Below are positions 1-13,329 of a DNA stretch of 64,000 bases, one piece after another (within the stretch, counting starts at the first letter, position 1; the number at the start of each line of letters is the position of its first letter). Where the stretch lies: the NCBI RefSeq assembly GCF_036321535.1, contig NC_087438.1, positions 124,001-188,000 on the forward strand. The letters run 5' to 3'. The notes below the pieces were generated by a model. That model ran no database searches. It worked only from the letters and a program-made list of their open reading frames with translations, and was not told where the DNA came from. Source of the stretch: Camelus dromedarius (taxonomy: Eukaryota). The position numbers were made by a program, and so were the translations under genes.

Positions 1-937
1 CCACCTCCACCCACCCCAGCCTCCAGGGGTGGCTCCTTGGGCCCTCAGCACCTCTCCCTCTGAAAATAGGGGTCTCCCTGACACCCATTCACATCTGCCT
101 GCCCCCCACAGCCCCAGTCCACCTGTCCCCACAGCCCCTCCTCCTCCCACAGCCGGCTGCACTGAGGGCCTTCAGCTGCACACATAGGTCCGGAGCTAAT
201 CACAGGTCTACCAGTAACTAAAATAGACTGTTTCCCACAAGCCACATATAAAGTCGTCTACGTGCTTCTGTTCACACAATCTGCTGCTCGTGACACGTGG
301 ACAGACACACACATGTTCTGGGGTCAGAGCAGCAAACACTGAACTGACACCTTTCAGGGCCAGATCCTTTCCCCTTGAAGTCAGATGCCCGGTGATGCTG
401 GCTGGCTGGCTGCTACAGCCCCGCCGCTCACTCCATTGCCCAGACCTGCGAGTGTCAGCCTTGCAGAGAGTGTGTCTGGGTCTGGAGCCCTGTCCCGTCC
501 TTGCCTGGCCCCAGCTGCTTCTTCAAAAGGATGCGTGTCCCCGAGTCTGAGCACACCTCAGGGCAGGAGGTCAGGGGGCCAGGTGGGAGGAGGGGACTTT
601 GGTAACAGTGGTCCTTCTTTTGGCAGCTGTGATGGGTCTGGATGAGAAACAGCCCCTCCAGGGAGAACCCCTTGCAGAGCAAAGGAACCTCAACCTGCAC
701 ATGTGCATGAGGTCACAAGGTCTGGGAATGAGACACTAAAGCTGGGGCTCCTGACCACCCCCTTCTGCCAGTCATGGGGCCACCGGTCAGCATGCCCCCT
801 GAGGCCTGGGCATCATGTTATGGGCCTCCCCCATCCTGCCTGCACAGATGCCCCAGGATGCCCTGAATACTCGTAAGCAGCGGGAGGCCAGGGCAGGAGC
901 ACAGGGACCCCCACATCCAGAGCAGAGGCCCACAGTG

Positions 938-975
938 GAGGGGGTGCGTCTCAGAGGAGGGGGTGCGTCTCAGAG
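938..975. repeat. Perfect 19-bp tandem duplication
   Basis: gagggggtgcgtctcagag at 938-956 and 957-975. Confidence 0.9.
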
Positions 976-1528
976 CAGGGGGCCTCTGGAACCATGTTTC
1001 CCCTGCCCTCCAGGCAGCTCAGGCCATGGGCGATGGTCCTCAGGTGCAGCCCCTACGAGGTGTGTCCCAGACGCAGGGGCCGCTTTCCTGAGTGTAATTG
1101 GAATCTCGGTCTTGTTTCCTTTTTAGCAAGCTGTGTGTGGCTAGTGGCACTAGAGTTAGGCTCCACCTGTGAGTCTGGGATGAGGCCACACCCTGCATCC
1201 CAGGTGGACCCCAAGCTGGGGCCGGGGCACAGCAGCTGGACCTGAAGCTCTGACCTAGCCTGTGCTAGGAAGTCCTGTCGGTGTGGGTGGTGCCCCAAGA
1301 GGACCCCTCACCACACAGAGGAGAGTCTGGGTAGACAAAGCCCTTCAGTGGCTTCCTGCCACAGGTGTACCCCAGATCCCACCCTGGGGCAGTGGCGTCG
1401 CCCAACGTCAGCCACCCAGCACAGGAGCAGGTGGATGGGCAGGGTCCTCACCTTCAGGATTTGCCGGCTCTGAATTGTTTTCCCTGTCACCAGTCTCGGT
1501 GCTGACAGTCCCAGACTTCAGGAACATA

Positions 1529-1534
1529 AATAAA
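1529..1534 (+). terminator. Poly(A) signal AATAAA with a downstream GU/U-rich tract; probably the 3' end of the upstream gene (PLEKHG4B by synteny)
   Basis: AATAAA followed by attgttttttctg...gttctgttgtgtt. PLEKHG4B ends just upstream of LRRC14B in human; the assignment is inference only. Confidence 0.4.
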
Positions 1535-2057
1535 CTGGACATTGTTTTTTCTGCCATGTGGTCATGGTTCTCTTGCTGGGTTCTGTTGTGTTGGGGATGT
1601 CACCAGCACGCCTCCCCCAGGGAGCTTGGCCCCTGTGACTTTGAGGGGACAAGGCCCTGGGAGGACCTTCAGCTGGAGTGGGGGAAGCCGCTGCCCACTG
1701 TCCTCAGCCTCAGTCCCTCTGATAAAAGAAGGGGGTCCCAGCAGCGTGCAGGCACCTCATGGGGCCATTACTTATCTTCTCTTGAAATCAGGAATCAGGT
1801 GTCAGAAGTGCCCTCACATGCCCACTACCATGTCCCTAACTCCAGATGTGGGTCAGAAAGAGGGACTAGGCCCCCAGGGGCCCAAGAAAAGTTTTGTTAG
1901 TTCCTCCGACTGTGGGATGGCCCAGGGCTGGGGCAGACCCAGTCCAGGGGAGGGGGAGCAGCCCCCAGGATGGGCCACCCCCACAGTAGACACAGGGAAC
2001 ACTCCCAGGGGCCCAGCCCCCTTTCCCCAGCCAAGCACTGGGCAAGTGTGCTTTCAC

Positions 2058-2211
2058 CAGCTGAGAATCAGTAGGACAGGCTGGCCACCACCAGACACCT
2101 CCACAGCCAGAGCCAAACCGGCACCCGGGATGAAAATAGCTGTCAGATGACTAGAGGGCTGGCTCACCACCGTCCAAGCAAGCTGCTCAAAGCAGCTGCA
2201 GCTAAAAATAG
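2058..2211 (+). promoter_or_regulatory. Muscle-type proximal promoter of LRRC14B (MEF2 site plus E-boxes)
   Basis: Consensus MEF2 CTAAAAATAG at 2202-2211; CAGCTG at 2058 and 2193; CAGATG at 2144; 75 bp upstream of the ATG. Confidence 0.65.
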
Positions 2212-2285
2212 GCCAGAAGGGGACTGTCTTTGGAGAAGCACAGGGGAGAGCTCTGTCCTGCTTGTGGCCAACACGGGCAGGCACA

Positions 2286-3175
2286 ATGTGGTCGCTACGC
2301 TTCATTTCTGCTGAGGCTCTGGTGTCCCACCCCCAGATGGTCCAGCATAGTCTGGGCGGGGTGGCCCACAACATCTACCCATTGCTGTTCAAAGCCAGCT
2401 ATCTGCTGGAGCAGCCAGAGGTGGTCCGTGCTCTGCTGGAACACTGGCCGCTGGAAGAGTTCCGGCTGGGTGCTCTGCTGGGGCCCAGCACAGAGCACCC
2501 CGGGGACCTGCGGGACCGGGCCTGCAGGGCCTGCCTGGAGGCCTGTGTGCGGGGCCTCGCGGACCACGTGCTCCGGGGCAAGGGCCGCAGGCGGCTGCGG
2601 CTGGCGGACCTCACTGGCATCCGAGACGTACAGGTGCAGCAGTGCCCCTGCGGGAGGGCGCTGGGCAGGTGGGGCCGCACGGAACTGCTGGCCAGGGTCT
2701 GCTGCGAGCTTCAGGCGGAGCACCATGCAGCCTGGAGCCCGGTTGAGGTCCTTGCTGACCTCTTTGTCACCGGGGGTAACTTTGAGATGGTGGTGCAGGC
2801 CCTGGGGCCCCCAGGCCATTCCCCACTGCGGGTGCGCTGCATCTCCTTCCGGGCGGACAGCCTGGGCCCCAGCCAGCTGCTGCAGGTGCTGTGTCTGGCT
2901 GGGCCTAGCGAGCTGCGCCGGCTTGAGGTGGTGCACAACGTGCGGCTGCACGCCGGCCACGTGCAGCAGCTGCTGGCCCAGGTGGGCTTCCCCCGGCTGG
3001 TCTCACTCACCCTGCCCGCCAAGGCCTTCGACACACCCCCTGCCAGCACTCCAGCCCCAGACGGCAAGGATGCCCTGCTCACCTCCATTGCCAGGGAGCT
3101 CAGCCGGATGATGCAGCTCACTGAGCTGAGCGTGGCCTTCTCCACACTGACCGGGAAAATCCAGAACCTGCTCGG
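2286..3175 (+). CDS. LRRC14B: Leucine-rich repeat-containing protein 14B (PRAME/LRRC14 family), coding exon 1
   Basis: MWSLRFISAEALVSHPQ...AFSTLTGKIQNLLG matches LRRC14B; donor GG|gtgagt at 3175/3176. Confidence 0.95.
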
Positions 3176-5849
3176 GTGAGTCTGGGGTGGCTGGAAGGAG
3201 GGCGGCACAGGGGGCGGGTGACCAATGCACCTGCTCAAGCCCCTCAGCCCCAGACAGGGCAACATGGGACCCTCCCTAGAGCCCAGCTTAGGACACGCTG
3301 CAAGACTGCAAATCAGACCTGGTTACTTACAAAGCCACAAGCCCCCAGCTTCTTGATTTTTGCCCAGCCCAGAGCAGCAGGAGGGGACAGATAGAGGAGG
3401 AGGTGGCCTGGCCGAGGCTGGTGTTGTGTGAAACCTGGGAGCATCAGGACTCAAGGAAGACTGTCTCCAGTTGTAAGAAAAAGGGAAAAGTCCTAATTAG
3501 CAAGCAAACAACATAGAAGTAGCTCCATTACCTGTGGTAAACAAATTCACCCAATGCTGGGGCTTATGACAAGACAGGAGCCTGGGGAGGGCAGCTAGGG
3601 TCTCCCCTGAAGGCTTGTTGGGGTGGAAAGGTGGGGCCATCTGCTTCCACGCTCAATCACATGGCTGCCGACAGCCTCGGCTCCTCAGCACATGAGCCGC
3701 TCCACAGGCCACCGGGAGTCCTCCAGATGGAGGCCAGTCTCCTGTAACCTTCCCTGGAGAGCACCGTGTGGTTGCTTCTGCACATTGTGTGGTGAAGGCC
3801 GGTCACCAGGTCATGGGAGGGCATTACAGGAGGTTTGGAATGTCCAAGGGCTGCAAGGCCACCTTGGCAGCCACCAGCTATGAATATGCTTATAAAAATT
3901 TATGGAAAATTAAACTTCCCATTTCTTGAGCCAGTGAGTGTGAAGATGTCTTTTCTGGTTTAGGCTGTCCTTGACTTACAGGAATTTCTCTTTGACTCAG
4001 AGGAAACCCGAGGTAGCTGGCCCCAGGTGGCCGGGCCCACGTTTGCCTCCCCTTCCCTGGGGGATACCTGGGCTCTCCCCATCCCTGCTCCTCCACCCCA
4101 GCACCCAGTCTCCCACCTTGGGAAAGGTGGCCCTCAAGTCCACACACAAATACAGCTCTGCCACACGGTGACTCCCTGGGACCCTCAGGATGGTCCTGTG
4201 TTTGGCTGACCTGGGTCCTCAGCCAGAGGTGCCTGCGCTCTGGGGACATGTGTTCCACCAGCCAGATGACTCTTCACAGGCCTGCAGGGCTGTCTTGTTA
4301 GCTGGGCCCTGACATCACCCCACATACTCTGACCCTCTGCTCTGCACACCTATGGGCTTCGGTCAGCTGGTTGCTGAGAGCCTGTCCACGGCCCCAGGAA
4401 GGTCCACGCATGGAGTGTGGCAGGCCTAAGTGGCAGGGAGAGCAGTGGGTGGTCTGGATCCCAAGGTGACCTTCGAGCAGAGGCCTGGCACAGTGGGCGG
4501 GCGGAGGGCTTGGAGAGGGCATGCTAGTCAGGAACCCCGCGGGTGAAAGGCCTGAGTTGGGGTGAGGCAGGACAGGGGTTGGTCCACAGGGAGAGGACTG
4601 GGATCAGGAGCCGGCACGTGAGGGAGGGAGCAGGGAGGGGAGGAAAGGAGGGACAGAAGAGACAGGCCAAGCCCCGGAGGCTCTGAACAGGATGATGTGC
4701 GATCAGCTTCATGTTACAAGTGTCACTCTGCTTCCTTGGCCCACACAACAGACTCAGATGAAGGGACAGGCAGACAGAGCAGGACCCCGAAGACCACCCA
4801 GGTTTGGTGCGTCCCAGTGAAGACTCTCTGCTGAGATTTATTATAGCAGAAGGACACAGGGCAGAATCCACCAAAGAAAAAGGCTTGTGGAATGGGGTCT
4901 GGAGGAGATGGGGCAGGAGTCCAGAGTCTCGTCCCAGTGTGGCCAGCACCCACTGTGATGACATATGGGAGGTTTACATTGGAGACACAGGCCCAGGGGT
5001 TTTACCTTGAGTGGTTGGGTGGGCACGCACCGAGCCTGGCACGCACCGAGATTCCAGACCCCAGAAGGAGAAAGGTGTCAGGCAGGGACCACATTGTTTG
5101 TGCAAACAGCTCAGGTCAGGGACCCCTCATCAGTTGGGTGAGGGACCCTCCCTAAATCCAAGCTCCCAGATGCAGGTGGGCAGTCAGGCCTGCCCTTTGA
5201 CCCTTTTCCACACCGGAGGCCCCCCCAAGGGTAGGGAGCAGTGCAGGTGGTGAGAGGGTTCCTTGTGGCTGGATGTGGAAACACTGCCTGCAGCTCAAAG
5301 CCTGAGCAGCTGCCTCTGCAGAGCCAGGCCATGGGGCGGGCACTCCGCACACAGAGTACAGGTGCAGGAGGCAGTGGGAACGGCATTCTCAGCAGGCGGG
5401 CAGGACAGAGAGCGGGGCCCTATGTCCCCTGGCACTCAGCACTCAGCCAGCTGACCCCGACCAAGGCCCAGCATCCCAGAGGGCAGGTGTGGGTCTGTTC
5501 CTGACTTTGAGAACCGCGGGCAGGACAGTGACTCACCCACCCATGCGTTTCCTGATGCCAGCCACCTACACTCCTGGTTCAGAGCGCCAGAGGGGCTTTC
5601 AGGTCCCAGGTGATGCTAAGGACGGACCGGATAGCTCCAAGGCGCACTCAGCCCTAAAACCGTGGGCTTTGGCTCTTCATTCAGAGCCAAGCCAGTGTTT
5701 CATTTCCTGCCAGTTCACAGCTATCTCACTGCCCCACAATAAGCTTGTGAACACACAACATGCTGACAAAACAGATTTATTACTTTAGTTGCTGAGGACA
5801 AAGGCCAGGCCTGTCTTCTTTGGGTAAAGTTAGCTCTTCCTGGACATGA

Positions 5850-6110
5850 CCACACACTGTCTCCATGACCCAGCTCTGCCATCACCCCAAGGCAGCCAAC
5901 AAGCAGTAGGTCAATGAAAGTTCCTGGCTGTGTTCCAATTACACTTTATTTACGGGCACTGAAACTTGAATTTCATATCACTGTCACATGTCACAAAATA
6001 TTCTTCCTTTGACTTGTTCAACTATTTAACACGTAAAAACCATTTCAGCTCTCTCACACTGAATGAAGTCAGGGGCTGGTAGGTTTGGCACTCAGGACAG
6101 GACTGGCCTA
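5850..6110 (+). mobile_element. MER58-like hAT-Charlie DNA transposon fossil
   Basis: ggctgtgttccaattacactttatttac...cactgaaacttgaatttcata...tgtcacaaaatattcttc resembles the recalled MER58B consensus; boundaries approximate. Confidence 0.6.
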
Positions 6111-6179
6111 AACAGCCCCAGAGCTCCTGCGGCGGGAGGGGCCCCCTCTCACCGGCACTGCTTCCCGCCCTGCCTGCAG

Positions 6180-6825
6180 CCCCCTGAGGACCCCGCTGAG
6201 AGTGCTGGACCTGGCCAACTGCTCCCTGAACCATGCGGACATGGCCTTCTTGGCAGACTGCATCCACGCGGCCCACCTGGAGGTGCTGGACCTCAGCGGC
6301 CACAGCCTGCTGGACCTGTTCCCCTCGTCCTTCTTCCGGCTGCTGGGCCACGCCGCCCCAACACTGAGGGCCCTCACCCTGGAGGAGTGCAGCATCACAG
6401 ACCGCCATGTGAGCACGCTGATCCTGGCCCTGAGCCCCTGCCAACGGCTGCGTGAGCTCCGGTTCTTGGGGAACCCACTGTCGGCCCGTGCCCTCAAGCG
6501 CCTTTTTGCAGCTCTCTGTGAGCTCCCCAGGCTGCAGTGTGTGGAGTTTCCAGTGCCCAAGGACTGCTACCCCGAGGGCAGCGCCTACCCGCAAGACGAG
6601 CTGGCCATGACCAAATTTGACCAGCAGAAATATGACGTGATCGCCGAGGACCTGCGTGCGGTGCTGCTGCGGAACGGCCGGGGCGACATCCAGGTCTCCA
6701 CGCCCCTCTTCGGAAGTTTCGACCCAGACATTCAAGAAACCAGCAATGAACTTGGAGCTTTCCTGCTGCAAGCTTTCAAAACTGCTCTGGAAAAGTTTTC
6801 CAGAGCACTGAAGCAAATGGAGTAG
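6180..6825 (+). CDS. LRRC14B: LRRC14B coding exon 2 (LRRs, to stop)
   Basis: Acceptor ctgcag|C; PLRTPLRVLDLANCSLNH...ALEKFSRALKQME*; total CDS 1536 nt = 511 aa. Confidence 0.95.
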
Positions 6826-7574
6826 GCCCTGGATGGCCCAAGGCAGGGCTGCTACGTGGCTGGTGCCCTGGGCTCGGCCAGACCACCAGCATCCCAAGCA
6901 TCTCTTGTGAAAGCTGCGAGGCGTCCTTTAGGCACTGTCCGAGCAGGATCCTGCCCTCCAGGAGCGGTGGCGGCGACTGTGGGGTGTCCGAGCGCAGTGC
7001 GGTCCTGGAGCGGGAAGCTCCGGGGGCGACCACCGCAGCGGTGACAGCAGAGGAGCACCCGACCCCGCGGGCATGGCCAGCCTGGTCCCCATGTGCCTGG
7101 ACTTCAGTCCTTGTGCGGTGTAGATGAGAGGACACTTCACGGACACAGGATGACAGCAAGCAGCTGAGGCGAGTAAAAGCGAGCTGCAAGGTGGGTCCCT
7201 TGAGGCAGTGGCTGGCTCCAGGGGTGCAGGGAGCCCGCAGGGCCGCCCCCAAACTCCAGTCCAGCGAGGATGTGGGCTTTGATCGTTTATGGCTCTGTCC
7301 CTGCTCTCTGCCGGTGGGTGGCAGGCCTGGGCTCTGCTGGTGCCAGGCGGAGCCCCCAGCACAGGGCAGCCTCTGACTCGCACTCGAGACTGCGATGTCC
7401 CATCAGCTACTGCTCCCACTCCCACCTCCACAGACTCTAGGCCGGGGTGGGTGTGGGGCTCAGACTCCTCTGGGCAGTTGTCTGAGTCCTGGCGCTTGAG
7501 GAGTGGTTAATTCCAAAGTCTGGACTTGGTTTCTACCAAGATCTGATTTGTGCAAAGGGCTGAGTATTAGAGTA

Positions 7575-7590
7575 ATTAAATACTAATAAA
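7575..7590 (+). terminator. LRRC14B poly(A) signals
   Basis: ATTAAA at 7575 and AATAAA at 7585, followed by GU/U-rich sequence. Confidence 0.7.
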
Positions 7591-7769
7591 ACAGAAGTGT
7601 GGCTTGTTCAAATGTGGTTTGCTTTCTTTCTTTTTAAATCTAGTGCATGATAAAACGTCTTGTATTACTGTGTATTTCCCAGACGTTCATGAAGCTGGGC
7701 ATGTCTCCATATGCTTGTTGCCCGTTTGCGGTTTTTTCATGATTCCATTTATTTAAACAAAAACAAAAT

Positions 7770-9767
7770 CAGTTCACCCATTTCTGCCCCACGCGGCCCC
7801 CCCAGCTCTGGCGACCACCAGTCTGCTCTCTGTGTCCATAAGCGTGGAGACATGTATCTGTATCTCAGTCCACAAAATACATTCCACATAGAGTGAGATC
7901 ATACGGTATTTGTCTTTCTTTGACTTACTTCACCTAGCACAATGCCCTCCAGGTTCATGTTGTCACAAATGGCAGAATTTCATTCTTTTTATGGCTGAAT
8001 AATGTTCCATGGTGTTCCATATACCACACATTTATCCAGTCATCTGTTGATGAACACTTAGGTTGCCCTTGGCTATTGTAAATAATGCTGCAACAAACAC
8101 AAGGGTGTAGATATCTTTTCAAATAGTGAATTTTTTTTTTTTGGATAAACACTCAGAAGTAGAATTGCTGAATCATATGGTAGTTCTAAGGTTAATTTCT
8201 TGAGGAGCCTCTGTACTGTTCTCCATAGTGGCTTCACCAATTTACATTTTCACCAAGAGTGCACAAGGGCTCCCTTTTTCCCACACCCTTTCCAGCACTT
8301 GTTATTGCTTGTCATTTTGATCATGGCCATTCTGACAGGTGTGAAGTGATATCTCATTGTGGTTTGATTTGCTTTTCTTTGGTGATTAGTGATAATTGAG
8401 CATCTTTTCATGTCTCTTCAGATGTTCTGGCCATTTCTTAATTAAACTGTTTACTTTTTTTCCAAATGAGCTGATAAATTATTTATATATTTTGGGCACT
8501 AGCCCTTTATCAGGTACATGATTTGCAAGTATTTTTTCTCATTCTGTAGTTTGCCCTTTTTTTGTTGATGGTTTTCTTTGCTGTGCAGAAGGTTTTTAGT
8601 TTGATATAGTCTCACTTGTTTATTTTTGCTTTTGTGTCTGTTGCTTTAGGTGTTAGATTAAAAAGATCATTTCCAAGACTGATGGCAGGGAGCTTACCAA
8701 CTATGTTTTATGATTTCAGGTCTTATGGTCAAGTTTGAGTTAATTTTTCATGTGTGTTGGAAGACAGTGGTCCAGTTTCACTCTTGCTTGTGGCTGTTCA
8801 GTTTTTCTAGCACTATTTATTGAGGAGACTGCCTTTTCCTCATTGTATATTCTTGCCATAAATTAAATGACTATATATGCATGGGTTTATATCTGAGCTC
8901 TTTATTCTGTTCCATTGATCTATGTGTTTTTATGCCAATACCATACTGTTTTAATGACTATTACTTTGTAGTATAGTTTGAAATAAGGGCATGTGATGCC
9001 TCCAGCTTTGTTCTTCTTTCTCAAGAGTGCTTTGACCATTTGGGGTCTTTTATGGTTCCACACAAATTTTAGGATTTTTTGTTCTATTTCTGTGAAATAT
9101 GCCATTGGAATTTTGATAGAGATTGAATTGATTCTGTATATTGCTTTCGGTGGAATGGACATTTTAACAATATTAATTCTTCCAATCCATGAGAATGGAA
9201 TAGCTTCTTCAGTTTGTTTCATTATCATCTTGTCATTTTCAGCATACAGGTCTTCCACCTTCCTGGTTAAATTTATTCGTATTTTTGATGTGATTATAAA
9301 TGGGATTGTTTTCTTTATTTCTCTTTCTGATAGTGCATTCTTAGTGTATAAAATGCAGCAGATTTTTGTGTATTTATTTTGTATCCTGCAGCTTTACTGA
9401 ATTTGTTTATTAGTTCTAACAGCTTTTTGATGGTGTCCTTGGGGATTTCTATATATAATATCATGTCATCTGCAAATAGTGACAGTTTTACATCTTCCTT
9501 TCCAACTTGGACTCCTTTTATTTCTTTTTCTTGTGTGACTACTGTGGCTAGGGGTTCCAGTGCTGTGTTGAATCAAAGTGGGGAGAGTGGATATCCTTGT
9601 TCTATTCCTGATTTTACAGGAAATGTTCTCCAGTTTTCACCACTGGGTATGATGTTAGCTCTGGGCTTGTCTTATATGGCCTTTATTATATTGAGGTACA
9701 TCCCTCCATACCCACTTTGTTGAAAGTTTTTACCATAAATGGATGTTGAATTTTGTCAAATGCCTTT
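7770..9767 (-). mobile_element. LINE-1 3' fragment (degenerate ORF2 C-terminal region plus 3' UTR)
   Basis: ORF 8920..9258(-) [25 protein letters not shown]...[16 protein letters not shown] is L1 ORF2-like; the frame is disrupted. Confidence 0.9.
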
Positions 9768-10421
9768 TGTCAGAGTTGGAAAGGAGAAACAGCTCAAAGG
9801 GCAGATTCAATTCTATTTTTGGAAAACCTGCAGAGGGGGTCTCCAGTTAGACTGGAGCCTGTGCTCTGTGTACAGGCTTTGGGAAAGACCTAAGAGTATG
9901 AAAATAAAACATTTTATCAAGAGAGAGGCTAGTGTTTGATGTGTGTGTGGCCGAAAGCTCCTCACAACGGAGCTGAGTGCTCAGTGGGGGTCTGAGTCAT
10001 CGTGTGAGTGGGCTCTGCCCTCTGGTCCAACTCCACGCGGCCCCTCCCCCAGACATGTCCCCCTCCATGTGCTCCTGCGCTGCCCCTCCCCCGGGTGTGT
10101 CCCATGCGTTTCTCCCCACAGTGGAGTGAGAGTCATCTCAGGGGTCTGCCTGCTAGGAAGGCAATAACCTTCCTCCTGGGTCTTCAGGAAAGGGCTGATG
10201 CCCCTGAGTGGGCAGGAGCAGGGAGGGACGTGGTAACGTCTCACTCCTTGGGCTCCTCAGCTCTGCTTTCTTAGCTGGCCTCTGCGCATCTCCTCAGATG
10301 TGTTGTGCTGGTAAAGTCTCATTGGAACCCAATTTCAGCCATATGGACTTCGCTACTGCAAGTTCTTGTAGAGTAGGCATGGGGGAAATTTTTTTTGAAA
10401 TGATTTGATTCTAACCCTAAA
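9768..10421 (-). mobile_element. Probable solo ERV LTR abutting the L1
   Basis: About 650 bp with imperfect inverted ends (tgtcagagttgga / ttctaaccctaaa); minus-strand 3' end finishes in ...CTGACA; family not identified. Confidence 0.4.
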
Positions 10422-11149
10422 GAGCAGAGTAGCTTCTGCTGATTGTGCCCGTAGAATTTTCTTGACAAGAGACCTGGCCTCTGGGTGGTCAGTGGGTAGA
10501 ATCCAGCATGTGCATGGCTGAGCCAAGCAGCTGTAGTAGACAAGGGCCCAGAGATGCTGCAGTGGCCTAGGACCTGAAACTTGGGGCAGGAGTGGGCACA
10601 CAGGTGGAGACTGCTCCTGACAGCCCCCGCCTCACCCTGAGGAATAACCCATTCTTATGAAACCGAAGAGGCTGGGAGGCTCACCTAGAGCAATTCTGAG
10701 ACACACAGAGCAGCCCAGGCGAGACCCACGCCTCCCACACATCCCAGGGCATGGATGCACTCATTCAGGGGACCTGCTCAGCCCCAGTCCTGAATGTGCC
10801 ACTTGCAGCCACGATGGGTTTTGCCTGCACCTGCCCAGCCCAAGACTGGTGGCCCTGAGCACGCAGGTGTGATGCTGGCTGTGACGAGGGTGGGGGTTAT
10901 CTGCCAGGGCCCAGGAGCGCCCCTGTACTTCTTGTGCTGAAGAGGGCAGGGCTCACACACAAGGGCAAACTGAGTGGGACAGAAAATGCACTCAGCAGAG
11001 GGCCAAGGATCAAGGAGGTGTGAAAACGCCACAATGAAGCTGGACTGGGGCTCCTCCTGGTGGCCTTGTAGAGGGGGGCTGTCACCTGTTCAAACCCACC
11101 TGGTCTTCCGAGGGGCCAGATACTTGAATTGAATGGGAACATTATGGGA

Positions 11150-11262
11150 TCACCATCCTGGGCACATAGGGACTACCAAGATGGGCACCCCTGTCCTGGG
11201 CATGTTGGGGCCCTCATCCTGGGCACATGCGGACCACCGTCCTGGGCATGGGGGGACCCCCA
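11150..11262. repeat. Degenerate ~20-23 bp minisatellite (core TCCTGGGCA)
   Basis: Core at 11156, 11194, 11217 and 11240. Confidence 0.6.
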
Positions 11263-13323
11263 CCGTTGCCTCCTTCAGCCCCCTGCAGTGGACTCATCAC
11301 TGCCCTTCCTCCAAGAATCAGAACTGCCTCCTGTTGACCATCCTGGCAAAGAGTGGCACAGATCTGGTGGCTTCCTCTTGTCCTTCCCACCATAACAGTT
11401 CTTGCTCCAGACGGTTCTCTTCAATTATATACTTGGAGCTTAGGAGACACCTGCAGACCCAGTGGACTCTGTGCAGTGGCCGTGGCCAAAGACCTGGGGA
11501 CTTCAGTCTGCAGCCCCCTCGTCAGCTGCCACCCACCAGATCCCAGGAACCCTTCTCTCCACCAGCCGCTGGCAGGCCCCATGGATAAGGGTACTAGGGT
11601 CTTGACACCCATCACGGGGTTCGCCTACCTGCCTCCACCAACCCAGGACCCAATTCCATGGTGTCACCTGCGATAGTCAGCCCTGGTCTGCAGGCAGCAG
11701 CCACCACTGAGCCACCCCGCCAGAGCTACAGCCCTCATGAGTGGGGCTGGAACTCCCTGTCCTCCCATGGTTAACACCCCCGCCTCCACTGACCATGAGC
11801 CCCGAAGGCGCCAGCAGGTCCAGGAGGGAGGTTAAATACAGGGTTGCACATTGACTACCCACAGTGGCACATCCCCCAACCCTAGACCCCCTCCGCCTGG
11901 ACCCCAAAGCCTGCACTTCCTCCAGGAGCAGAGGCCTGACTTCAACAAGCAGCAGGCGACGAGGGACCGAGCATGGCCTGAGGCAGGCAAGGGCTGACCA
12001 CCACCGTCCCACTCGGGGCTCTGCATCTAGAGGCATGGCTTTGGCCTAGGAGCCCTCAGGGATGTGGTTCAGGCCCCCTTGCAACCCTACCACCCGGACA
12101 AGATCCCTGACTTGCCAGAGGGCCTGCAGGAGGTGAGCTTCCTCCCCCAGGGCTGCCCAAGTTGGTGCCCTGCTTTCTTCTCTCAGCCCCAACTCTCGCT
12201 TGCTCGCCACAGTAACGCGCAGCCCACTGTTTCCTGGACTTGGCCACTCGTGGGAGCAGGACAGGTGGCTGCTCTTATTGTGGGATCTGAGCAGAGAAAG
12301 CGGGTTTGCAGGGAGAGATTAAACACACACAGAGATCTCAGGCCAAAGGGTCATCACTCCAAGGCCCTTGATGTTTAAGAGCCGTTTCTGGTTCTTCTCT
12401 GATGCTTGGCCGACTCTCCATTCTTGCCCTGAGGTTTCATCAGGCAGCCTTAAAACAAGCCCCTTTAACTGGCCAGGCTGGCTTGAACTGATCTCTGTTG
12501 CTTGCTGCCAGAGTCCTAATGCAGAGAAACAGAGAGCTATTTCTGTCAAACCGCAGATGGAAGGCAGAGAAGGGCACTTCTGGCATCGTCCCACATAACC
12601 CGCTCAGTTACTCAAAAAGGATCTGGTCTCACGTGGGTCAGAGAGACCTGAGGCCAAGCTGCCTGGGTTCCTTCTGGCTCCAGTACCACAAGTGTGACCG
12701 CGCCTCAGTTCCAGGTCCCTCGCCCGCCAAACGGGGTGGTACAGAGCCCTACAGCAGTCTGAGACCGCAGCCCTCTGCTGGCACCTGCACTCCGATAGGA
12801 GGGCTCCCTCCACCCATACCCTGCCTACAGCTTGGACTCAGCTCCTGCTTTCTTTGGGGGGTTTGGAATTGGGTCTGTGCCAGGCAGAGGGTGCCGTGCA
12901 ACCCACCCTCCAAGGAAACCCAGGACACTGTCTGAGGAGCCTCCACGTGGCCATGACCATGGGCAGGACTCAAAGCTGTGCCTGTCCCTCTACCCTTTCT
13001 GGCCTTGTACCCTTTCTACATGAGTCTCAGCTGTGCATGCAATCACATGCTGAGTCCTCATAACTCTCAGCGAGTCACTAAGCCTGGGGAGGTCTCAAGG
13101 ACTCCACCCCATGGGTAGCAACAGTCCTTCCGCACAGGACTCAGGTCAGGATGACACGGGGGATGTGCCTAAAGCATACAAAAGCCAGTTCATATTAGCT
13201 TTGTGGAAAATGGGCCTAAGCTTGCAGTAAAACTTGAGATAACCCCTATAAAAAAACTGCTTTGTAAAGAGTAAGGAATCACACTCATAAAAAGTGGCAT
13301 TCTTGCTTTTCAATTGCAGGTGT

Positions 13324-13329
13324 TTTAAT
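13324..13329 (-). terminator. Candidate proximal CCDC127 poly(A) signal (ATTAAA)
   Basis: tttaat on the + strand about 280 nt past the CCDC127 stop, in AT-rich context. Confidence 0.4.

Noticed and set aside
1262..2150. 212-aa and 202-aa plus-strand ORFs
   Set aside because: Non-ATG starts, no recognisable domain or codon bias; they span a likely poly(A) site and promoter.
2230..3265. Long overlapping ORFs (293 aa +, 221 aa -, 184 aa -)
   Set aside because: Alternate-frame and antisense shadows of the GC-rich LRRC14B exon 1.
6022..6897. 291-aa minus-strand ORF
   Set aside because: Antisense shadow of LRRC14B exon 2, running into a MER58 fossil.
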